Shown here: piece after piece, positions 9,288 through 16,542 of the stretch | How positions within the stretch are numbered: the stretch's first letter is position 1 | Layout of the letters: each line of letters opens with the position of its first letter | Origin: a virus | Taxonomy: Duplodnaviria > Heunggongvirae > Uroviricota > Caudoviricetes | DNA: 51,816 nucleotides | Virus record (IMG/VR): IMGVR_UViG_2627854066_000007 | Direction: 5' to 3' (one strand) | The notes under the pieces: model-generated | What the model was told of the DNA's origin: nothing | The model's database searches: none | What the model saw: the letters and a program-made list of their open reading frames with translations, nothing else | Made by a program: the position numbers and the translations under genes

Positions 9288-9439
9288 CAGTCAGTGTTTC
9301 TGGCTAACCAGCAACGCGCGCCAGATTCGGTTTTAAACGTTTTGCTTTTGGTATATGTCATCGCGGTGAACGTACCGTCCTGGTTGGGGAACACGCCACA
9401 TACCAGAGATTCGCTGTTGCCAAGATCGATAGTATCCAT
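9287..9439 (-). CDS. ydfA: YdfA-like small protein (DUF1391-type)
   Basis: 50-aa ORF from internal Met MDTIDLGNSESLVCGVFPNQDGTFTAMTYTKSKTFKTESGARCWLARNTD; first gene downstream of the dicA-side promoter region. Confidence 0.6.
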   Translation of the reverse strand: MDTIDLGNSESLVCGVFPNQDGTFTAMTYTKSKTFKTESGARCWLARNTD

Positions 9440-9552
9440 GCTGACCTCATTTCCCCTTAACGCCGGGGTCGCGGAACTGTTTGCTGAGAACACCGTGCGG
9501 TGTCTTGATGGAAAGTAATTTAGAATAACCTAACATGAGAGGCAAGTGTTTT

Positions 9553-9572
9553 TTGTTAGATTGATCTAACAA
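9553..9572. promoter_or_regulatory. Inverted repeat TTGTTAGAT-NN-ATCTAACAA, candidate DicA/DicC operator
   Basis: 9-bp arms with 2-bp centre, seen directly; the half-site TTAGA/TCTAA recurs in the dicA-dicC intergenic region. Confidence 0.35.
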
Positions 9573-9607
9573 AAAGAGTGGGCGCAACTAATCACTTGAA
9601 AAGAATG

Positions 9608-10015
9608 TTATTTTATTGATTTATTTTTACGCGCTTTAAGCATTTCTTCGAAGAGTTTGTTGAAGTTTTCTACTCTTGCGCGCATTTCAGACAGCAAGGC
9701 TTCCTGCTCGGAAGATGGAAGAGCATCGAATAATTCGATCAATTCTTTGTGGTTGGGAGTTAGCTCTGTTTCCACATGAAGTTCTTGTGCAGGCACTGGT
9801 GCCTTGTCTTCGTCACCAAACATTAGCCATGTAGGTGAGCACTTCAGAGCATCCGCTAAAGCAAACAATCGTTTTCCGACTGGCTGGGTTTCGTCTCTTT
9901 CCCATTGTGAAATTGTGACGTGAGCAACTCCAGCGAGGCGCGCAGCTTCTCGTTGTGTTAAGCGTAATTCTTTTCGTCGCGCCAGAACTCGCTGGCCTAG
10001 GGTTCTTGTATCCAT
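9608..10015 (-). CDS. dicA: HTH-XRE repressor DicA (CI-like immunity repressor)
   Basis: 135-aa ORF with N-terminal helix-turn-helix (LTQREAARLAGVAHVTISQWERDE), divergent from the Cro-like dicC. Confidence 0.9.
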   Translation of the reverse strand: MDTRTLGQRVLARRKELRLTQREAARLAGVAHVTISQWERDETQPVGKRLFALADALKCSPTWLMFGDEDKAPVPAQELHVETELTPNHKELIELFDALPSSEQEALLSEMRARVENFNKLFEEMLKARKNKSIK

Positions 10016-10092
10016 AGTTAGGTAATTCTAATTTTTCTTGACTTAGGTATCCCGCGCACAATAATGTTAGAAAAGTCTAACAAGAGGGGGCT
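10016..10092. promoter_or_regulatory. Divergent dicA/dicC promoter-operator region
   Basis: 77-bp intergenic region between divergent repressor genes, containing TTAGGTAATTCTAA and GTTAGAAAAGTCTAAC inverted repeats. Confidence 0.5.
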
Positions 10093-10323
10093 TTGATGCT
10101 TAAAGTTGACGCAATTACTTTTTTTGGCAGCAAAACAAAGCTTGCCAATGCCGCAGGAGTGAGACTGGCAAGTGTTGCTGCTTGGGGGATACTGGTTCCT
10201 GAAGGTCGCGCGATGCGTCTACAGGAGGCATCTGGCGGGGAGCTTCAGTATGATCCCAAAGTTTATGACGAATATCGTAAGACGAAGCGGGCGGGGCGGT
10301 TGAACAATGAAAATCACTCCTGA
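10093..10323 (+). CDS. dicC: Cro-like regulator DicC
   Basis: 76-aa ORF transcribed divergently from dicA, matching DicC in size and position. Confidence 0.85.
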   Translation: MMLKVDAITFFGSKTKLANAAGVRLASVAAWGILVPEGRAMRLQEASGGELQYDPKVYDEYRKTKRAGRLNNENHS

Positions 10324-10828
10324 ACAGGCTCGTGAGGCTCTGGATGCCTGGATATGTCGACCAGGAATGACACAGGAGCAGGCGACGATATTAATCACTG
10401 AAGCATTCTGGGCTTTGAAAGAGCGCCCGAACATCGATGTTCAGCGTGTCACATATGAAGGTGGCGCGGTTGATCAGCGAGCGCTTAGCGTTAATCGAGT
10501 GAAGATATTCGAACGCTGGAAGGCTATCGACACCAGGGATAAGCGTGAAAAGTTCACAGCGCTAGTGCCTGCAATTATGGAGGCTATCCGGATTAGTGAT
10601 TTCAGGTTGTATCGTGAGATCAGTGATGGAAAAAGTATTACGTACATGATCGCCGGGTTAAATAAAGAATATGGCGATGTGGTGGAATCCGGACTGCTTT
10701 TTGCAGATCCTGCCGTTGTAGATCGTGAAACTGACGAACTTATAGAAAAAGCAATTGCTTTCAAGCTTGCGTATCGACAGCAATACCAACAAAAAGCTGG
10801 ATGGAATTATGAGTCTTCTTTTTGCTGA
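10307..10828 (+). CDS. Hypothetical phage early protein (173 aa)
   Basis: ORF directly downstream of dicC with good codon usage, overlapping the next gene; no family recognised from sequence. Confidence 0.6.
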   Translation: MKITPEQAREALDAWICRPGMTQEQATILITEAFWALKERPNIDVQRVTYEGGAVDQRALSVNRVKIFERWKAIDTRDKREKFTALVPAIMEAIRISDFRLYREISDGKSITYMIAGLNKEYGDVVESGLLFADPAVVDRETDELIEKAIAFKLAYRQQYQQKAGWNYESSFC

Positions 10829-11774
10829 ACGCCCACTGGTTATAAACACGCAGCTGGCAATGAAAATCGGCTTAAACGAAGCCATTGTTTTGCAACAACT
10901 GCACTACTGGTTGAGAGATACCAACTCCGGTATGGAATGTGATGGTGTTCGCTGGATTTATAACACAACGGAACAATGGCTGGAACAGTTCCCATTCTGG
11001 TCAGAGTCAACGTTAAAGCGCGCGTTTGCAAGTCTGAAAACGCTGGGGCTTTTGCGTTGTGAAAAGCTCAATAAATCAAAGCGCGATATGACCAATTTCT
11101 ACACGATCAACTATGGGAGCGAGCTTTTAGATGGTGGCAAATTGAACGAATCCATCGGTTCAAAATGCGCCGCTCCATCAGGTCAAAATGACACGATGGA
11201 AGAGGTCAAAATGAAACGCTCCATTGGTTCAAAACGACCCAATGTCATCGGGTCAAAATGGCCTGATGATCTTACAGAGAATACAACAGAGATTACTACA
11301 GAGAATAAAAACACTTTTCGTCCGGAAGCTTCGCAACCGGACCCGCAGACGACTGAACAGGATTTTTTAACCCGGAACCCCGACGCGGTTGTGTTTAGTG
11401 TGAAAAAACGCCAGTGGGGTAGCAGGGAGGATCTGGCGTGTGCGCAGTGGATTTGGGGGCGGATCGTGAACCTTTACGAACAGGCTGCCAGCGACGATGG
11501 AGAGATCATGCGACCAAAAGAGCCTAACTGGACAGCCTGGGCCAATGACGTGCGCACAATGCGGATGCTGGATGGCAGAAGCCACAGACAAATTTGCGAA
11601 ATGTTTGGTCGGGTACAGCGGGATCCATTCTGGGTAAAAAACATCATGAGCCCGTCAAAACTCCGCGAAAAATGGGACGAACTGGTCATCCGCCTGGGAC
11701 GTTCACCTGTACAGCGTTGTGTGAATCATATTTCTGAACCGGATACAGAAATTCCGCCTGGTTTCAGGGGATAA
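10809..11774 (+). CDS. Phage replication initiator (lambda O-like) containing origin iterons
   Basis: 321-aa ORF from MSLLFAERPLV (ATG overlaps upstream gene); internal tandem repeats of GGTTCAAAATG-type sequence followed by an AT-rich stretch, the arrangement seen for ori-lambda inside gene O. Confidence 0.7.
   Translation: MSLLFAERPLVINTQLAMKIGLNEAIVLQQLHYWLRDTNSGMECDGVRWIYNTTEQWLEQFPFWSESTLKRAFASLKTLGLLRCEKLNKSKRDMTNFYTINYGSELLDGGKLNESIGSKCAAPSGQNDTMEEVKMKRSIGSKRPNVIGSKWPDDLTENTTEITTENKNTFRPEASQPDPQTTEQDFLTRNPDAVVFSVKKRQWGSREDLACAQWIWGRIVNLYEQAASDDGEIMRPKEPNWTAWANDVRTMRMLDGRSHRQICEMFGRVQRDPFWVKNIMSPSKLREKWDELVIRLGRSPVQRCVNHISEPDTEIPPGFRG
11150..11265. repeat. Iteron-like direct repeats (putative phage replication origin)
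   Basis: Five copies of GGTTCAAAATG / GGTCAAAATGA / GGTTCAAAACG / GGGTCAAAATGG spaced at ~20-25 bp, encoding repeated IGSK peptide units, followed by AT-rich sequence at 11275-11330. Confidence 0.6.
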
Positions 11775-11814
11775 GTGTTGATTTCAGGTCATGAGATAAT
11801 TTTAAGGGGGACTT

Positions 11815-12216
11815 GTGGCAAAAGTTTTTACACAAGAAGAGCGGGAAAAAATTAAAGGGCAGGTTGTTGAACTCGTACGCCGGAGTGGGCGTGAGACGTT
11901 ACGGCAACTGGAAGTCAAGACAGGTGCGACAAGATATCTGATGAGCGTTCTCGCAAGAGAGCTGGTTGCCAGCGGCGATGTATACAACTCTGGTTACGGG
12001 TTATTCCCGTCTGAACAGGCGCGTAAGGACTGGCAAAATGCCCGTAAAAAGCTCTCAAGGGCAAAGCTGAAGAAACCATCTGCGGTTGATCCGGACCTTA
12101 TCTGGTCATTACCTGACGGAGAAATACGTCGCTACGACAGGCGTCAGAACATAATCTGCCGCGAGTGCCGGAAGAGTGAAGTTATGCAGCGCATACTGGC
12201 ATTTTATCAGGGATAA
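11815..12216 (+). CDS. Hypothetical phage protein (133 aa, GTG start)
   Basis: ORF downstream of the replication gene, basic, with a CRECRK motif; no family recognised. Confidence 0.5.
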   Translation: MAKVFTQEEREKIKGQVVELVRRSGRETLRQLEVKTGATRYLMSVLARELVASGDVYNSGYGLFPSEQARKDWQNARKKLSRAKLKKPSAVDPDLIWSLPDGEIRRYDRRQNIICRECRKSEVMQRILAFYQG

Positions 12217-12749
12217 TGTTAGATATTTTAGACGTTACTAGATTAAAAAGCATTAGTTCAGGAGTGAATTGACATTCTCATTTTTCATGGCACAGGGTAG
12301 ATCTGGCGTGGTTGTCCGCTTTGTGCCAACAGCGGACGTTACTAACGAAACTGTGAGTTAAAAACGGGAGCTGGTCACCTCCATCCCGCGAAATGGAATT
12401 CAAAAATGCCCTCATGTACGGTACTTCTAGTCTGATGTGAGCATTTTCGTGGATTTTTTCGAGCCACTCCAACGAATGATTACATTCAGTTTCGGGCACT
12501 AAAACGTCATAAATCCGCAAGTTGAGGAGTAGCGATCAGCCAATTGGTTAAAAAACAGCTTTAATTCCCTTTTTCAAGCAGGCTCCTTGTCGCACGTCTG
12601 GTGCATCCAATTCATTTCAGTTACCCTGATGCCATACTGGCACGGACTAGCTCTCTTAATTGGCGCTGGTTTGTTAACCTTGTCCGCTGTCGGGTCTTTG
12701 TAAGTTGTAATTCCTAAACTAGCATAATTTTATTATAAGGCCTCTTACT

Positions 12750-13775
12750 ATGCACATTTTATCTGTTTCAAAAAAGGAAGTTGGAAGAGCTGGGGATAGA
12801 TTAGTTTCTCAGTTTGGTACAGGTGAAAAATATAAAGAGGAAGATGTACAAATTCTTCATGAGTGGAGGATGTTGCATTTATATCCTTTAAGTAAAATAC
12901 AATTTTATATGGAAAGAGAGGCTATTTCCTTAAACAAAAATGCGTTACTATCCTCTAGAATTAAGAGGATGCCTTCCATTGTTACTAAGCTTTCTAGATT
13001 TCCTGATATGAAGTTAAATAAGATGCAGGATCTTGGTGGGTGCCGGGCTATTTTAAATAATCTGGATCAAGTGTATGATTTAGTTAATAAAATAAAATCA
13101 TCTAAATTCTCACATGAACTAGTTAGAATGGATGATTACATGATAGACGTGAAAGATTCTGGTTATAGAAGCTTTCATATGGTCTATTCATTCCAAAATA
13201 AAAAATTTCCATCTTTAAATGGGTTGCGCATTGAAATGCAAATAAGAACAGCTATTCAACATAGCTGGGCTACAGCAGTTGAAATGGTTGGTTTGTTTCG
13301 AAAGGAATCATTGAAATCTGGTTTTGGTGATGCAAGATGGCTTAGGTTTTTTGAATTGGTATCAGAGCTTTTTTATAAACTTGAGTATGAAAAAGAACCA
13401 TCTGGGAGTTATATAAAAATATCAGAAGAATTAAGTTATTTATCCGTCGAGTTGAATGTTTTCGATATATTAGCTGCTTACAATGCCGTAGTTAGCCATA
13501 TTGAGGGTAGCAAAAAATATGATAAAGGACTTTGCATAATTGTTGTTGATACCATAAAGCGGAATATAAATATAAAGAGCTTCGAAAATCACAATCATGC
13601 GAAGGCGGCAGAAGCTTATGTCGAGTCTGAAAAATACTGCGCGGAAAATAAAGGCTGTGAAGTGGCTATGGTTTCTGTTAGTTCAATTAGTGAATTAAAA
13701 AATGCATATCCTGCTTACTTTTTAGATACGAAAACTTTTTTAAATTATCTCAGTAGGTATGTTTTTATAAAATAA
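12750..13775 (+). CDS. RelA/SpoT-like nucleotidyltransferase (small alarmone synthetase-like; candidate toxSAS/CapRel-type)
   Basis: 341-aa ORF carrying RSH synthetase motifs in order: R70-x-K72-x3-S76-x3-K80, D94-LGGCR99, G138-YRSFH143, E162-MQIRTAIQHSWA174; gene is strongly AT-rich versus flanks; ~120-aa C-terminal extension beyond the catalytic core. Confidence 0.8.
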   Translation: MHILSVSKKEVGRAGDRLVSQFGTGEKYKEEDVQILHEWRMLHLYPLSKIQFYMEREAISLNKNALLSSRIKRMPSIVTKLSRFPDMKLNKMQDLGGCRAILNNLDQVYDLVNKIKSSKFSHELVRMDDYMIDVKDSGYRSFHMVYSFQNKKFPSLNGLRIEMQIRTAIQHSWATAVEMVGLFRKESLKSGFGDARWLRFFELVSELFYKLEYEKEPSGSYIKISEELSYLSVELNVFDILAAYNAVVSHIEGSKKYDKGLCIIVVDTIKRNINIKSFENHNHAKAAEAYVESEKYCAENKGCEVAMVSVSSISELKNAYPAYFLDTKTFLNYLSRYVFIK

Positions 13776-14208
13776 AAAATGTTATCTGGAGTGGTCTGAA
13801 TTCTACTAACTTAGTTTTTTCAGACCGCTTCTGACCACAATGGCCTGTGAGGTTCTGCTGCTAGTCAACATAAAATAACAAAGCCGGCAGGTGGTGGTTG
13901 TTGTAAAGTTATTCAATGACATTCATGGAGGCTTAAGCGAATTATTTGTCCCTGGTCGGTATGGTGGCAACAGCTTGTTGCGAGAATTTGGCTAATTTGG
14001 ACTGACTTCCGCTCCTTGCTCAAAGCGGACTAGAAGGTTAGCTTGTGTCGGACTTTGCGTATTAAAAGAAGTGCTGGTGGTGACTAGTGGTTGAGCCCCA
14101 TTTCCACAGAAAAAATCAGAGAAACTATACCCAATAGTTGTATTGAATCACTGACGAGACAGCCTCATATTCATCAGGACTGGTGTACGTCCAATACAGG
14201 AGGTTGTG

Positions 14209-14298
14209 GTGCTGGTTCTCAAATGTGCGCTGGCTATTACGGCTGTAATGGCGATTTATTGTCTTGCTATTGTTCTTATGGATCGCCTTTCTGACTGA
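14209..14298 (+). CDS. Candidate 29-aa hydrophobic peptide (type I toxin-like)
   Basis: AGGAGG at 14198-14203, 5 nt before GTG; product MLVLKCALAITAVMAIYCLAIVLMDRLSD is a single predicted transmembrane helix with a charged tail. Confidence 0.3.
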   Translation: MLVLKCALAITAVMAIYCLAIVLMDRLSD

Positions 14299-14509
14299 TT
14301 TCATATTGGCGAGGTAAAGGTAGTTAAGTAGAATGGCTGCGGGTGCTTGAGGCTATCTGCCTCGGGCATGAACACCAAAGGCAGATAGAGAAAAGCCCCA
14401 GTTAACATTACGCGTCCTGCAAGACGCTTAACATTAATCTGAGGCCAATTTCATGCTAGACACATGTAGGTTAGCCTCTTACGTGCCGGAAGGCAAGGAG
14501 AAGCAGGCT

Positions 14510-14665
14510 ATGAAGCAGCAAAAGGCGATGTTAATCGCCCTGATCGTCATCTGTTTAACCGTCATAGTGACGGCACTGGTAACGAGGAAAGACCTCTGCG
14601 AGGTACGAATCCGAACCGGCCAGACGGAGGTCGCTGTCTTCACAGCTTACGAACCTGAGGAGTAA
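14510..14665 (+). CDS. hok: Hok-family type I toxin
   Basis: 51-aa ORF MKQQKAMLIALIVICLTVIVTALVTRKDLCEVRIRTGQTEVAVFTAYEPEE, a canonical Hok/Gef sequence; in-frame upstream extension from 14453; structured leader upstream. Confidence 0.85.
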   Translation: MKQQKAMLIALIVICLTVIVTALVTRKDLCEVRIRTGQTEVAVFTAYEPEE

Positions 14666-14733
14666 GAGACCCGGCGAGGGAGAAATCCCTCGCCACCTCT
14701 GATGTGGCAGGCATCCTCAACGCACCCGCACTT

Positions 14734-14760
14734 AACCCGCTTCGGCGGGTTTTTGTTTTT
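14734..14760 (+). terminator. Rho-independent terminator downstream of hok
   Basis: GC-rich hairpin AACCCGCTTCGGCGGGTT followed by TTTTGTTTTT. Confidence 0.5.
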
Positions 14761-14881
14761 ATTTTCAACGCGTTTGAAGTTCTGGACGGTGCCGGAATAG
14801 AATCAAAAATACTTAAGTAGCGCGCAGGGATAAGAGGGATGGTCCCTTAAAGGGGAGAGCTAATTATCCGGAAGGATTCTG

Positions 14882-15133
14882 ATGATGAACATCGAAGAAC
14901 TGCGTAAAATTTTTTGTGAAGATGGCCTCTATGCTGTGTGCGTTGAAAATGGAAATCTTGTTAGTCATTACCGCATTATGTGTTTGCGAAAGAATGGGGC
15001 TGCGTTAATTAATTTTGTGGATGGTCGAGTGACAGACGGATTTATCTTGCGCGAAGGTGAGTTTGTCACTTCATTACAGGCACTGAAAGAGATCGGAATA
15101 AAAGCAGGCTTTTCAGCTTTTGCAGAAGAATAA
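14882..15133 (+). CDS. Rem-like small phage protein
   Basis: 83-aa ORF in the position and size of rem in K-12 Qin (between hok and ydfU); name by synteny only. Confidence 0.45.
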   Translation: MMNIEELRKIFCEDGLYAVCVENGNLVSHYRIMCLRKNGAALINFVDGRVTDGFILREGEFVTSLQALKEIGIKAGFSAFAEE

Positions 15134-15199
15134 ACTCATCTACAATCTTGCGCGGGGCTGAACTCCCGCTGAGTAACACCGTGCCACCGGAGAAAACCG

Positions 15200-15478
15200 A
15201 TGGCACGCAACGTAAAATATTACAATTCTGATAATTCGCCCGTTCTTGCCTGCACGCACGGGCGGTATTCTCACGCATTCAAGTCTGAATGGTTCCAGCA
15301 CCCTCCATGCACTGCAGAACAGGCCGAATGGCTGATTCATTCTTACTGCAGGCGCGGGTTCGAGGTTAAGAAAGCTCTCAGTCTCGACTATCGGCACTGG
15401 ATAATCTCTGTCAGGCTGCCTTATTCCGAACGCCCACCACGTGCGTCCCGCACTTTCCAGCAACGGATCTGGAGGTAA
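15200..15478 (+). CDS. Hypothetical protein (92 aa)
   Basis: ORF ending 2 nt before the ydfU start; no family recognised. Confidence 0.4.
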   Translation: MARNVKYYNSDNSPVLACTHGRYSHAFKSEWFQHPPCTAEQAEWLIHSYCRRGFEVKKALSLDYRHWIISVRLPYSERPPRASRTFQQRIWR

Positions 15479-15479
15479 C

Positions 15480-16529
15480 GTGCGGGTATTACTTAGACCT
15501 GTTCTGGTGCCTGAGCTTGGGCTGGTGGTCCTTAAGCCGGGCCGTGAATCCATACAGATATTTCATAATCCTCGAGTGCTGGTGGAACCGGAACCAAAAA
15601 GCATGCGTAATCTGCCATCCGGAGTCGTTCCTGCCGTTCGCCAGCCGCTGGCGGAAGACAAAACATTGCTGCCGTTTTTTAGTAACGAACGGGTGATTCG
15701 TGCTGCTGGCGGCGTTGGCGCATTGTCTGACTGGCTATTACGTCATATTACATCCTGCCAGTGGCCTAATGGCGATTACCATCACACTGAAACAGTCATT
15801 CACCGTTATGGTACCGGCGCAATGGTGTTGTGCTGGCACTGCGACAACCAACTGCGTGACCAGACATCGGAATCACTGGAGCTGCTTGCTCAACAAAATC
15901 TGACAGCATGGGTGATTGACGTCATCCGTCACGCAATAAGCGGTACGCAGGAGCGGGAATTATCTTTGGCTGAATTATCCTGGTGGGCGGTCTGCAATCA
16001 GGTGGTGGATGCACTACCTGAGGCTGTATCGCGTCGTTCGCTGGGATTACCAGCGGAAAAAATCTGCTCGGTGTACCGCGAAAGCGACATCGTACCGGGA
16101 GAGCAGACCGCCACCAGCATATTGAAACAACGCACAAAAAATCTTGCACCGTTGCCTTACGCCCACCAGCAACAAAAACCACCACAGGAAAAGACGGTGG
16201 TAAGCATCAACGTTGATCCAGAGTCTCCGGAATCTTTCATGAAGCTGCCTAAACGTCGCCGCTGGGTTAAGGAGAAATACACTCGTTGGGTTAAGACACA
16301 GCCGTGTGCTTGCTGCGGTATGCCAGCCGACGATCCGCATCATCTGATTGGTCACGGGCAGGGCGGAATGGGAACAAAAGCACATGATCTCTTTGTGTTG
16401 CCTTTGTGCAGAAAGCATCACAACGAGCTGCATACGGATACAGTGGCATTTGAAGAGAAGTATGGCTCCCAACTGGAGCTGATATTTCGTTTTATCGATC
16501 GCGCGCTGGCAACTGGCGTACTGGCGTAA
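15480..16529 (+). CDS. ydfU: YdfU-like DUF968 protein with C-terminal HNH-like Cys/His motif
   Basis: GTG start 5 nt after GGAGG gives 349 aa; C-terminus has CACCG...DPHH...CRKHHNELH. Confidence 0.7.
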   Translation: MRVLLRPVLVPELGLVVLKPGRESIQIFHNPRVLVEPEPKSMRNLPSGVVPAVRQPLAEDKTLLPFFSNERVIRAAGGVGALSDWLLRHITSCQWPNGDYHHTETVIHRYGTGAMVLCWHCDNQLRDQTSESLELLAQQNLTAWVIDVIRHAISGTQERELSLAELSWWAVCNQVVDALPEAVSRRSLGLPAEKICSVYRESDIVPGEQTATSILKQRTKNLAPLPYAHQQQKPPQEKTVVSINVDPESPESFMKLPKRRRWVKEKYTRWVKTQPCACCGMPADDPHHLIGHGQGGMGTKAHDLFVLPLCRKHHNELHTDTVAFEEKYGSQLELIFRFIDRALATGVLA

Positions 16530-16542
16530 GTGGAGAACGAGC

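Noticed and set aside
12278-12520. 80-aa minus-strand ORF in the gap upstream of the RelA/SpoT-like gene
   Set aside because: No recognisable ribosome-binding site, odd composition, isolated on the opposite strand; more likely non-coding. Considered and dismissed as a possible antitoxin because of strand and distance.
14091-14294. 67-aa Cys/Gly-rich ORF that looks superficially like a bacteriocin or microcin
   Set aside because: Opens with TTG and no ribosome-binding site; the same DNA contains, in another frame, a short hydrophobic peptide with a canonical AGGAGG Shine-Dalgarno, which is the more plausible product.
15200-16529. Possibility that the 92-aa ORF and ydfU form one frameshifted gene
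   Set aside because: A GTG at 15480 preceded by GGAGG gives exactly the 349-aa length expected for YdfU, so the two ORFs are better explained as adjacent separate genes.
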